Shown: positions 12,820-24,689, numbered from the stretch's first letter. The stretch is DNA of 64,000 bases from Macrostomum lignano (GCA_002269645.1 NIVC01003384.1:1-64000); one strand, 5' to 3'. Numbers and translations: made by a program. The notes: generated by a model not told the origin, from the sequence alone.

Positions 12820-14017
12820 CTAAGACAGACAGACAGCACAGACAGACACTAAGACAGAGAGACAGAAAGACAGGCAGGCAGACAAACAGGCAGATATCTT
12901 ATCAGAAATCATTGTCAATATTGTTCTGAAGAATTAGAAGAGTGGCTTAATTTATGGAAGCATTAAAACTTTAATTTCAGCGCAGTCAAGCAGCAGTCGG
13001 TCAGCTGCACGTCGGGCGTTGCAACAGCAGCCACAGCAACAGCCAAAGCAGCGAATCAAGAAGCCGCTGAATGCTTTTATGCTGTATATGCGCGACCATC
13101 GAGCAGCAGTAGCTGCCGAACATTCGCTTCGAGAGTCCGCGGAAATTAATCGACTATTGGGCCGGCAGTGGCAGTCTTTGTCGCGCCAGGAACAGGCTAA
13201 GTGCGTTTTTGTTTGACACAAATCGCCGATATGTATCGAAATACTTTTTGAGATTTGATTTCTACATTCCAGATAGTGATTAGAAGTTGGGTGGTGATTT
13301 TTGTTTCATACCACAGTGATGAAAGTTATATCAAATATTTTAGCATTTTACAGTGCCGACATGTATCGAAGTTTATAATACGGATTTAGGTTATTACTGT
13401 GACCTATTCACAGAAGGATAATCTAAATAACTTCTGATTTTCTACCAGTATCAGTGCTTCTAATTCGACAGGTTTTGTAGATTTCTAAACTTAGGACGCG
13501 ATTATCTTCTGCTTTGTATTTTCTCTTTTGGCTGGGCCCAAGGATTCGAACCCGGTTTGGGACGGTTTTGGGCGTTCAAGGTCGACACTTATACTCGTAG
13601 CCACTGATCTATTGGCGCCCCGCATAACTAACAATCGGCGCCACAATTTTTAACCAACGCAGATATTATCACTTGGCCCAATTGGAGAAGGAGCGACACT
13701 GCCGGCTGCACCCGAACTGGTCGGCCAAAGACAACTACGGCTGTGGTGCTGGCGTCAGCGGTGCTACGAGTAGCAGTGTCGGCGCTTCCTATCGCCGTCA
13801 ACAACAGCAACAGCAACGCTCTAACCAGCTAAATTTGAATCGTTCGATTCTAATCGATTTAGACAATTGCAGCAATAAGAAATGCCGCGCCGTGTATGGT
13901 GTACAACGCCAGGACCTCTGGTGCCGGCCATGTCGGCGTAAAAAGCGTTGCGCCCGATTTGGCGGCGACAACAAACCGTCTGGCGTCAGTGTTGCTATGG
14001 AAACGGTTGCTGTGTAG
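10694..14017 (+). CDS. TCF: TCF/LEF (pangolin)-family HMG-box transcription factor with C-clamp, about 368 aa
   Basis: Exons 10694-10758 (least certain), 11998-12464, 12981-13200, 13663-14017 are phase-consistent (1107 nt). Beta-catenin-binding-like [13 protein letters not shown]; HMG box [12 protein letters not shown]...[28 protein letters not shown]...[11 protein letters not shown]; C-clamp KKCRAVYG...[11 protein letters not shown]. Confidence 0.92.
11030..11965. repeat. Intronic minisatellite, about 23-bp unit aagaatcgcattggaattcccct
   Basis: Direct tandem copies in TCF intron 1. Confidence 0.92.
12500..12885. repeat. (GACA)n / agacagacacta compound microsatellite
   Basis: Located in TCF intron 2. 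Confidence 0.93.
13520..13620 (-). mobile_element. Possible degenerate tRNA-derived SINE head
   Basis: The minus strand has a B-box-like gggttcgaatcc and a weak A-box-like tcagtggctacgag. No cloverleaf can be folded. Confidence 0.3.
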
Positions 14018-15137
14018 TTAAAGATTTCGATGGCGTTTTCATTTAATTAAAAATGCTTGATTTTTATGTGCAATTAATTATATTGTAATGAATCTGCTGG
14101 TTTAAAGTTAATGTTCTTATTGCTGAGCTTTTTACCCCATCATCCAATTGAGCTTATCGTCTGAGTCATTTTATTTAATTTTTTCCGGCTACAACTGAAT
14201 CACATGAGCTTGCTTTTCCCTTTGGCCTTAGAATTACTCCGTAATTTATTTTTTTATATTTTTGCGTTACTGCGCTTATGCTGCTACTTATCTTTTGCCA
14301 GTAGTGCAAGTTGAACTTTTGAATTTTAACAATAAATTTAATGGCGCCTTTTTAAACTTGCTAGCTGATAGATATATATTTTCGATACATATCGCCAGGC
14401 AATTTTTTTCAGTTACGTACAATGTATGTTTTTTATGCATGCATTTCATTTTCTGGCTTTCTGCTTAAACAATATAATTATTATAGTTTCAATAAAACTC
14501 GCTTTTTTGCCTAATTGAAGTACTTTATTAAATTTTCTTTTTGTCTACCCTGCTTAAACTGCCAAGCTACCGGTTTTGGTATCTTAAAATACTAGTTCAC
14601 TTTTTTACCCTAATATGCTTAGCTCGTAAAATGAAATAACATTATAATATGGCCTTGATCTTGCTTGTTTACAAGCGTTCCTGTGTTTGTTTATTGTGAG
14701 ATTCTTGACAGCAGTAAATAAACGTAAAACCAAAGCGAAATTTTAGCTTTTCAAACAAAAATTTATTGTGCAACTTGAAATTTTCTATTTGTTTAATAAC
14801 TTAATTCTTTTGAAGAACTTCAGTTTTTTGTAAAAATATTTCAGCTTTCAATCCGCTACAAAGTACAAAGCATATAATCTAAGACTAAGCCAGCTAGGGT
14901 GCTTAGGTGCTAGGCTACTACTACTAGTAACTTGTTAGCACATAGTGCGATGAAACAAATCGAGGATCAATTAGTGTTGTTTAACCTGCTTCATTCATTT
15001 TAAGCTAGTTAAGAAAAAATTTTTAAAGTTTATTTTAAAGTTTTTTATAATTTGTTATTTGTTAGGACAGTTAGTGACAAACTCATTTTTAGTATTTCTG
15101 GGTACAAAACCAAGCTACAACAACATCAAGTTCAGCG

Positions 15138-15211
15138 GGCCGAGTAGCTCAGTTGGTTAGAGCGTCGTGCTGATAACGCGAAGGTCGAGGGTTCGAGCCC
15201 CTCCCCGGCCA
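15138..15211 (+). tRNA. trnI-GAU: tRNA-Ile, anticodon GAU
   Basis: GGCCGAG acceptor stem pairs with CCCGGCC-A (one A-C mismatch). D arm tagctcagttggttagagc. Anticodon stem tcgtg/cgcga with loop ctGATaa (GAT at 15172-15174). T arm gaggg-ttcgagc-ccctc. A T6 Pol III terminator follows at 15216-15221. Confidence 0.93.
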
Positions 15212-16309
15212 CTGATTTTTTGCAGTTACCCAAAAAGTTTCATTGAAAATTTCGAGCCATTTTAACCTGACCGGAAAGAACTCATCTGTTTTTCTACATT
15301 CGCTAATTTATATTTATTACACCTTAATAAAACAAACATCGTAGCTGTTTTACATTCGCCGATATGTATCGTATTATGAGTTATATTCATAAGTTTAAGT
15401 GTCTTTTTAGTAGGACTAGGAGTATATTATATATAGTATACGATACAGTAAGGTTCTTCAAGAGTGTTTAAGGAGATTGTTTAGTTTTTAGCTCTACTTT
15501 AGATGGCAAAATTTAATTCTAAGCTCCTCCTGAATTTTAAAATAAGAGTTTTTAAGATTTTTGAACAACCAAAGGTTGCTATAATGCGTACTTCTACTTA
15601 AAGTAGTTTAGTTTAACAGTTATACATATACAGTCCACTAATTGAGAGTGAGAGACGAGGAGAAATGAGAGTCAGGGGTTAAGCGACTGCTTATTGAATA
15701 CTTTAAAAGATTTTCACCGAGTCTAAACTTAATACTAATAGCTATAATGCAATGTCAGCTTTCCTAATCCATAGTTATCGATCGGGCTACTGCAGCGCAT
15801 GTGCGTACAGTACGCGTGTGCAGTGCTGCACTGTGAGAGTCGTTTTAAAAATGAATACAACTCTATTCAATACTGCGTTTTCATAAGCGTGTACGTTTGC
15901 ATACAGATAGCAGGCACTGAGACTAACAAAGCAATAAATCGATTTAGCGCTCTCAATACATGTAACTCTATCTTACATGTATATTCACGTGCAAAGCTAA
16001 GTTTTGGATTTAAGCGAATGCTCTCTATAGGACTCTATAGGGCTATATGCACACTTGTATAGCTGCGAATATATTGAATACTATAGAGTACAAAGCTACC
16101 ATGTATAGGTACAGGTAGATCCTGCGATATATACTGTACATGTAAAAATAAATTTTTGCATAGGGAAAAGTCTATAATTATAGTATACTGCATAATACGC
16201 TCGTATGGCTAAAGCTCAGAGTTACAAATCAATGGACAATTTGTCCGATGGTAAGTATTATGTAGCTTATTCAGCTGCTTTTATATCTTTTTATATTGTA
16301 GGCTTGAGA

Positions 16310-16700
16310 TTGGAGGCAAGACTGAGATTAGTTGAGACTGAGATGAAATTTAAGGCTGAGATGAAAGTTAATTAAGGCTGAGATGAAGGTTGAGACTGAG
16401 ATGAAGGTTAAGACTGAGATGAAAGTTAATTAAGGCTGAGATGAAGGTTGAGACTGAGATGAAGGTTAAGACTGAGATGAAAGTTAATTAAGGCTGAGAT
16501 GAAGGTTGAGACTGAGATGAAGGTTGAGACTAAGATGAAGGTTAAGACTGAGATGAAAGTTGAGACTGAGATGAAGGTTGAGACTCATCGAGATGAAGGT
16601 GACATTGATATGAAGGTTGAGACTGAGAGGTAGGTTGGGACAGACGAACAGGATGAGAGTGAGATGAAAGTTGAAGGTGAGACGTATGCATAAGGGAGCT
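16310..16700. repeat. Minisatellite, 18-bp unit gagactgagatgaaggtt
   Basis: Direct tandem copies. Confidence 0.9.
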
Positions 16701-16863
16701 GAAGGTTGCAAAAGGTGTAGCAGAGGTTGAGAATGAGATAATGTTTGAGAAATGTACATGTACATTGAAACTAAGATGTACACGTGGGTTGAGAAAGATG
16801 AGGATGCAGAGGGTGATGAAGATTGAGAATCAGTTCTGAGTTAATTATCCATGCAAAGTCCCA

Positions 16864-19800
16864 ATGATGCGCTTTATAGGCCTGAGAAATCTTCTCTGCC
16901 AGCCCTGCGACAAGACGCCCGAGAAGTCCGAATCTACAGACAAAAAAGTCGATTCGAACGAAGAAAAAGTCCAGTACACTGTCGACGAGGCGGTGGAGTA
17001 TTTTGGCTGCGGCAGATTTCAGATTCGAGTGACTGCAATTTCTGGAATTTTGAATGTGAGATCTTCGTAGCATTTTCTGTTTTGATTATTTAACTACCCC
17101 CGTTGCTATGCGAACCTGCGTTGTTATGGTGCCCGTGAGTAGGGGTGAGCTCTTTTGCTATGGTACAGCATCCTCTGGTACCCTGGTAGTACCTATGGTA
17201 CCCCGTTGTTATGGTTACCCTGTTGCTATGGTACCCCGTTGCTATGATACCCCGTTACCATGGTACCCCATTGCTATGGTACCTCGTTGCTATCGTACCC
17301 CGTTGCTATGGTACCCCGTTGCTATGGTACCCCGTTGCTATGGTACCCCGTTGCTATGGTACCCCGTTGCTATGGTACCTGTCACTATGGTACCTGTCGC
17401 TATGGTACCCGTTGTTGTGGTACCCCATTGCTATGGTAACCCCGTTGTTATGGTACCCCGTTGCTATGGTACCCCGTTGCTATGGTACCCCATTGCTATG
17501 GTAATCCGTTGCTATGGTATTTTTTCGCAATGCATGATCCCAGTTGTTATCATACATGTACCTTGGTTACTTATGCAACTAAAGGCCGCCGACGCCATGG
17601 AGATGCTGCTATTAGCCATACTTGGCCCGACTTTGCGCTGCGAGTGGCACCTGAGTCACGCCCAAGTCGCCGCCATGACCACCTTCGTGTTCATCGGCAT
17701 GCTGCTCGGTGCGTCAATCTGGGGCGCCGCTGCCGACAAAGTCGGCCGTCGAACCGTCCTGTTGGTCAGCACGGCGCTCATCGCCTACTTCGGCCTGCTG
17801 TGCTCGGCAGCCCCGAGCTACGCCTGGGTGGTTACCCTGCGCTGTTTTGTCGGGTTCAACATCGGCGGCGGCGCGCAGAGCTACACCCTGCTGACTGAGT
17901 ACCTGCCGCACCGTACTCGAGTAGCCGCTATTGTCAGCAACCTGCTGAGCTGGTGCGCTGGCGGCATCTTCCTGGTGCTGACGGCTTGGGTGATTGTGCC
18001 GACACTGGGCTGGCGCTGGCTCACCGCGTTGGCAGCGGCGCCGCTGGCTCTGGTGCTGCCGCTGATGCTGGTGAGTTGACGTTTCTTGGAATGCGTGAAG
18101 CTTATAGCTCGACACGTTTCTTTGAAAAATAAGAAGCAGCGAAATTAACTCGAATGCTTTGAAAGTCTTTTTCTTAGAGTTAGTTTCATGGTTTTCTTTT
18201 AAATCGTGTTTCCTAGAATGTGATAAAGGATAGCGTGTTTCTTAGAATGTGATGAAGGATAGCGTGTTTCCTAGAATGTGATAAAGGATAGCGTGTTTCT
18301 TAGAATGTGATGAAGGATAGCGTGTTTCCTAGAATGTGATAAAGGATAGCGTGTTTCTTAGAATGTGATGAAGGATAGCGTGTTTCCTAGAATGTGATAA
18401 AGGATAGTGTGTTTCCTAGAATGTGATAAAGGATAGCGTGTTTCCTAGAATGTAATAAAGGATAGCGTGTTTCCTAGAATGTAATAAAAGATAGCGTGTT
18501 TCCTAGAATGTCATAAAATATCGCGTGTTTCCTAGAATGTGATTTTCTAGAATTTTTGCCCGTAGTATCGTACGGAGGTTTTAAATATTTATTTTTTCTT
18601 AGACTGGAGGTTATACTGGAGGTTAATATTAATTTTTATTATCATAGACTCGAATCGACTAGATTACGAGCTGAATATTTTGCTTAAAATCAGGCACCCA
18701 CACGCTACAAGTGTCTGCGTAAATACATTTCTGGGTCAATGCTTATAGCAATCAATTTGGCTCATTTTTTCTTCAAGCTTTTTCTACCTGAATCGCTTCG
18801 CTACCTGTTGGCTTCCGGCCGGGAAGTGGAAGCAGCCAAAGTGATGGAGCTCATGGCCAAGGAAAACGGGTGACCACCTCTGCCAGGAGAGCTGGTGTCC
18901 CAGCAGTTCACGGATGCTGTGAGTGACTAAGATTTTAATATCGGTTTAGCGACTCTGCGTTTCACTTTTCACGATTTCCTTCATTAAGTTTCAATATACT
19001 TATCACCTTACGAGCGTATAGTCATTCTCTAATAGCCTCTCATCAAATCCCAATAGTGTGACTCTCATCAAATCCCAATAATGTGACTCATCAAATCTCA
19101 ATAATGTGACTCTCATCAAACCCCAGTAATGTGACTCTCATCAAATCCCAATAATGTGACTCTCATCAAATCTCAATAATGTGACTCTCATCAAATCCCA
19201 ATAAGGTGACTCTCCTCAAATCCCAGTAATGTGACTCTCATCAAATCCCAATAGTGTGACTCTCATCAAATTCCAATAATGTGATTCTCATCAAATCCCA
19301 ATAGTGTGACTCTCATCAAATCCCAATAGTGTGACTCTCATCAAATCCCAATAGTGTGACTCTCATCAAATCCCAGTAATAATGTGACTCTCATCAATTC
19401 CTAATAAAAAAGGCCCTCAAGCAATTCCCGCATTCCCCCGCAGTCGCGCAGAGGTCACGTGAGTCAGCTGTTTCACAGCAGCATTCGCAGGGTGACGCTA
19501 ACCCTGTTCCCAATCTGGTTCACCATCGCGTTCACTTACTACGGGATCATCCTGCTAAGCTCGGATGTGACGTCATTTAAACAGCGCTGCCCGTCTGACA
19601 ACTCCCCAACGCGAGACAGTTCAATAGTGGACACGTCCTGCTGCCGCAATCTAAATTCGCAGGATTATAAATCTATTCTGTTGGCATCAACTGGCGAGTT
19701 GGTTATTCTGCCGTTCAATCTGATACTGCTGGATCGAATTGGACGTCGACCAACCGCTGCGCTGCTTTTCATTGCTGCTTCAATCTTTGTCGGGCTTGTG

Positions 19801-20658
19801 TCAGCCTGCGTACCAGCCTGGACCACAACGGCGTTCCTGTTCTTGACCAGGGGATGCGCTGCCGCTTTGTTTAACTGGTGCTACCTGTACACTGCTGAGG
19901 TGATCTAGGAGATGAAGGAGAACCATGATGCTGCTACTTGTACCTGTACACTGCTGAGGTGATCTAGGAGATGAAGGGGAACCATGATGCTGCTACTTGT
20001 ACCTGTACACTGCTAAGGTGATCTAGGAGATGAAGGGGAACCATGATGCTGCTACTTGTACCTGTACACTGCTGAGCTAGGTTATCTAGGGGATGAAGGG
20101 AATCCTAGGGGGCTTGATAATTGTACTTGTACACTGCTGAGCTAGGTTATCTAGGGGATGAAGGGAATCCTAGGGGGCTTGATAATTGTACTTGTACACT
20201 GCTGAAGTGATGTAGTAGAGATGAAGGGGAACCCTGGGGCTTGATAATTGTACCTGTACACTGATGAGGTGATGTAGGAGAAGGTGAATCATGGTGCTAA
20301 CTGCTCTTTTCAGTGTTATTTCACATCTGAGTTGAATTTTCGACAAATGATAAAAAAGCAGAAAACCTACTGTCTCCCCCAGGTTTATCCAACATCAATC
20401 CGAAGCCTTGGTATCGGCCTACACTCAGCCGTGGCCCGGGTTGGTTCTATGCTGACGCCTCTAGTAGCTCAGGTGCTGTTACCTCAGGTGAGCGTTAGCC
20501 TAGCATTTTCAACGTACATTGGACTCAACCTGGCCTGCTGCTGTCTGGCCATATCGCTTCCGGTGGAGACTCTGGGCCGTGCGATGCAACAGTCGATAAT
20601 AGTTGACGATTCCTCGACCTCTGCCGCGGCTTCCGGTGTCAATGAGAAAAAAGATTAA
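16864..20658 (+). CDS. SVOP: SVOP-like (SV2-related) MFS transporter, about 516 codons, interrupted by an in-frame TGA at 18871-18873
   Basis: Exons 16864-17055, 17585-18070, 18778-18918, 19444-19899, 20383-20658, all phase 0. Motifs: YTVDEAVEYFGCGRFQ, ADAMEMLLLAILGPTLRCEW, ADKVGRR, YTLLTEYLP, PESLRY, LLDRIGRR, YTAEVYPTSIRSLG. Confidence 0.9.
17150..17520. repeat. Intronic minisatellite, 16-bp unit ggtaccccgttgctat
   Basis: Direct tandem copies in SVOP intron 1. Confidence 0.92.
18205..18545. repeat. Intronic minisatellite, 29-bp unit cgtgtttcctagaatgtgataaaggatag
   Basis: Direct tandem copies in SVOP intron 2. Confidence 0.92.
19035..19400. repeat. Intronic minisatellite, 25-bp unit tctcatcaaatcccaataatgtgac
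   Basis: Direct tandem copies in SVOP intron 3. Confidence 0.92.
19880..20285. repeat. Tandem repeat (about 60-bp unit) that duplicates the exon 4 end and splice donor
   Basis: The unit tacctgtacactgctgag|gtgatctaggagatgaagg...gaaccatgatgctgctacttg recurs about 6 times with increasing divergence. Confidence 0.88.
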
Positions 20659-21058
20659 CAACCATATAATACCGTGAAAATAACGGCACCGTTAAAGACT
20701 CCACAGATGCAACTCCGAAGTTATACTTAAACGCACGCGCGTATTGCATGACAAGATTCGTTAGCCGTACTACGATCGTAGAGGTTAAAGAAAAATATTA
20801 AGAACGTCTCTTTTAAAAGACACTTGCGCTTCTTGACAATCGTAAGAACCTTGCAAAAATTTATCCTAATACATGCAGTTGTGAGGCGCGCCCTCTGTGA
20901 TTTTTTAAAATAAGCTCCTTGTTACACTGTATAGTGTATACACTGGTCACTGACAGACGAGCCGCATTCACCAACAACCTTTCGTGTCCAGTGCCGAGTG
21001 CCGAATGCCAACATACAGAATGCACGAGAATTTCCCGCAGGAAGTCTCCTGCCGAGTT

Positions 21059-21650
21059 TTTCCCGCAACGAGGTTTTCCTGTGGGGGGGGGGGTTTCCGC
21101 GAGAGGTTTTTCCGCCGAGATTTCCCAGCAGGGGTTTCCAGTCGCATTTTCAAGTCCTTAAATTCAGTCTGTAAACTATACTATACTAGATTAGACTTGA
21201 TTAGAACTAGACTAGACTATAGACTACACTATACTAGATCGACTGAACTATAGACATAGACTATACTAGACTAGACTAGACTGTACTAGACTAGACTATA
21301 GACTAGACTAGACTAGACTAGACTAGACTAGACTAGACTAGACTAGACTAGACTAGACTAGACTAGACTAGACTAGACTATAGACTTAGACTAGACTAGA
21401 CTAGACTAGACTAGACTAGACTAGACTAGACTAGACTAGATTAGACCATACTATACTGGTCTAGACTAGATTAGAACTAGACTAGACTAGATTTAGAACT
21501 AGACTATACTGGACTAGATTAGATTAGAACTAGATACTAGACAGATTAGAACTAGACTAGACTAGCGATTTCAAATCCGACTGGATTAGACTTAAAATTC
21601 TGACTGGAAACCCCTGCAGGAAAACCTCGCTGCGGGAAAATAGCATAGAC
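21059..21650. mobile_element. Inverted-repeat element with an internal (CTAGA)n microsatellite
   Basis: Left motifs tttcccgcaacgaggttttcctg and caggggtttccagtc match the reverse complement of right-end gactggaaacccctgcaggaaaacctcgctgcgggaaaa. (ctaga)n fills about 21180-21570. No TSD identified. Confidence 0.6.
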
Positions 21651-21759
21651 CCATAGCGATATAAAATATTGAATCGTTAATTGATTACACCTAGGGCAGA
21701 TGTGCAACCGACAGCTCAGCCGCAGCTATTGCGCTGCGCATCTGAACTGAAGGCTGCGA

Positions 21760-21968
21760 AGGGTTGCTCAGTCCAGCGAACCTGGGGGTTGCCACACCCA
21801 CCCTTAATTACCCTAGCTAAATTTTTGGTATCCATTTTACAGCTGGGTGAACTGAAGCAATACAGAGTTAAGTGTCTTGCTCAAGGACACAAATTGTTCC
21901 GAGTGGATCGAGAATCGAACCCCCGACCTTTCTGTCGTGAGTCCGATGCTCTATAACCACTAGGCTAC
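21760..21968 (-). mobile_element. CORE-type tRNA-derived SINE
   Basis: The minus strand has A-box tagcctagtggttatagag and B-box gggttcgattc, then gtgtccttgagcaagacacttaac...cttcagt...ctgtaaaatgg (21832-21890), which matches the recalled MIR/CORE consensus. The G-rich 5' end lies beyond the inserted MITE (22753-22770). The left boundary is approximate. Confidence 0.8.
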
Positions 21969-21971
21969 AAC

Positions 21972-22752
21972 TAGGGATTGCAATCCCGGGATCCCGGGAT
22001 CCCGAATCCCGGGATCCCGGACACTTTTGGGCCTGAAGGAATCCCGGGATTAGGGGCTCGGGATCCCGGGATTGGAAACTTTTTTGAAAAAGTGGGTGAT
22101 ATCCAGGAAATATCAAAATGTTCGTATTTTAAATACATTACACAAGTAACATTCGAGCGCGTCGTGATCGTGACGTGACTCTCGATTCTCGAATCGTGAT
22201 ACAATACAAATTATACAATACATACAATACATCATACATGTGAGTCTCAAACTTGTGTTGTGTTTGTGTATTTGACTACTTGAGTTACTTGTGTAACTTG
22301 TGTTATGTACATAAAAGCATTGAAAAAGGAGTGGGAGATAATTTTGCATGCATGTATTCATAGTAGTATTTCATAGTAGTACTATACTATACTATACTAC
22401 TATACTACTACTACACAATACAATATATAGTATATAAGTATTATATCGTGTATATCGTATGATATATCGTATATCGTATCGTATCGTATATATACGATAT
22501 ATACGATATACTACTTACATGTATATATTGTATAGTAGTAGTATAGTATAGTAGTATATAGTAAGTTGGACCGGGTACAGAATGCATTCTTAATTTGAAG
22601 CTGGTTTTCTGGCATTCTATCGGCAAAATATTTAAAATGTCAATCCCGGGATTGGGTCCGGGATCCCGGGATTGGGTCCGGGATCCCGGGATTGAGTCAT
22701 TTCTTCGTCCGGGATCCCGGGATCGTAGAACAGCCGGGATTTGCAATCCTTA
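21972..22752. mobile_element. hAT-like MITE, 781 bp, perfect 8-bp TSD
   Basis: TIRs tagggattgcaatcccgg / ccgggatttgcaatcctta. TSD gctacaac at 21964-21971 and 22753-22760. Many subterminal cccgggatccc repeats. Confidence 0.9.
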
Positions 22753-24039
22753 GCTACAACCCCCCCCCCCTTATTGACCTTGATATACAGTGCAAATATC
22801 AAAAAGCAAACCAACAAATAGCACAAAACACACGCTCACGCTCACACCCCAGCGGAGATAATTGATCAATAAAATGGGGTTGGGTTGGGAAAGGAAAGAT
22901 AAGGGGGTGGGCTAGGGGTCTACCGGAAAATCGATAATCAGCTTAAACCCAAAGCACGCGTAGGGGGTGACAGTTAGCGGATGGGGTATCAGTATCATGA
23001 AAGTGAGGGTTCGCGAGGTTGAGGGGGTAGTAGGGTGACAAGTAAATCGATATGCCTTACCCACCCCGATCGAGAAGGAAAGAAAATAAAGCGAGCAATA
23101 AAAGTCTGGCTTCAACGAGACAGACAACACGCGGTAGCTTGTTTTAGGTTGTGTGCATATATAGAGCAGACTAGAATTTCTAGAAAATCGATAAGCCGAT
23201 AAAGAAATTAACGGGCTAATTATTGATAGAGTGGGGTTAAATGGTCTTGAAGCTTTCAATAATAAAGTAGAACAGAATAAATTATTTTGCAAACAAGAAG
23301 CTGACATTGAGCTCTGACTTGGAGTGTGATTTGCGGAATGGCTTATCAGACGAACTTTTTTACATGCCAGTATCAGCTCAGGAAAATCATTGTGATGTAA
23401 CCTGGGGAATGATAGATTGATAGCTTACAGAGCTATGGCCCGAGGTACTGATACCAGGGTAGTGGGGGATCAGACATCACCAGGGGCACCCGCGCGCCCT
23501 AGATGGAGAATTGGTATAGCTTGGGTTGTGGTGGTCCGATAGCAAGGTCCCACTTTTCTAATCCCAACTACGACCAAGGAGTTTAGAAGGTATAGACTGC
23601 TTAAAGTACGACTTAGTTCTGCCACCACCCCTATGCTGGGCACCTAAAGGGTGTCCTGACAGTGCTGATAATGTCTTTCGCATTGGGGGGGCTTCTGATC
23701 TGCGCAAGGCTTTAGCTGGGTTTGAGATAGAGGGAGAGCTCAAATGAACAATGATTTGACTCCCATCTGGCAAGCTATAGCGCTGTGATCGGAAACAATA
23801 ATAATTACATTAGTCTGCGAGTACCATATGCATACAGCTGCTGAGCTGCACGTACATTGTTACACCTGAAATCTACAATCTGCCAACAGCTTCAGTTTTG
23901 CATCACTGCAGCCCTAGCCTTCTCACTCGCCTGCATGATTAAAAGATTAATAAATCAGGCCAACTGGGTTATGATTTTCTCCTGACAAGTAGCTCAGCTG
24001 CAGATACTACTATTCGAGAATTAATGATTGAATTATTGC

Positions 24040-24136
24040 GAACCGGGATCGGGATCCCAGGATTTTCGAATCCCGGACAAATGTGATCCCGGGATTCTAA
24101 TCTCGGGATCCCGGGATCCCGGGATTATATTCCCTA
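24040..24136. mobile_element. Terminal fragment of the GGGATCCC MITE family
   Basis: Same cgggatcccggga motifs, ending in tattcccta. No partner end seen. Confidence 0.55.
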
Positions 24137-24689
24137 ACTTCACCCATTCCACTCGCTTGTACAAATGTATAGCTCGTGGTTACTATAATTATTTAATACA
24201 CTTAATATGCTGTAATAAACACGCGCAATTTGTTGAGAGAGAAAATGAGAAAACAGATTGCTTTTTTCGAGCTCGAGTTTTTTGATACGAGCTATCGAAG
24301 GGGAGCTTTAAGAGTTGTATTGTAGCTTGTAAGACATATTCAGCCATATTCAGGTAACAAGAACTTGAGAATCAAACATATGTCGTATGATATCAAAAGT
24401 TTTCTAGTTGGGGTGATTTTTCACAAACCATAGCGAATCGCTCAATCAATAAAGAATACGGCTCGTAGTGTCAAAATCACATTTCGAGAAATACTACACG
24501 CTTTAATAAGACTCTTTTTAAACATATGCGTCATCTCAGCATGTTTTTCTTTCTATTTTGTGTGGTGCGACTCTGGGCAGATAAAGTGCAACAGTTTCGG
24601 TATAAAATAAATGCAAACGAGAATCCGAACGATTTTATTTGGTATTTGAGAATTATTAATTAACAGCTAGAGGAAGCGACGGCTTGAGA

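Noticed and set aside
18871-18873. Selenocysteine recoding of the SVOP TGA
   Set aside because: The position is a variable loop residue and not Cys in homologs as I recall them, and no SECIS is evident after 20658.
23455-23475. ggtagtggggga resembling the 3' end of U1 snRNA
   Set aside because: No Sm site before it and no 5' ATACTTACCTG or other U1 stems.
22800-23800. Complex intergenic sequence with short ORFs
   Set aside because: No recognisable protein motif, splice pattern or terminal repeats. It may be an old TE fragment, but I cannot support that.
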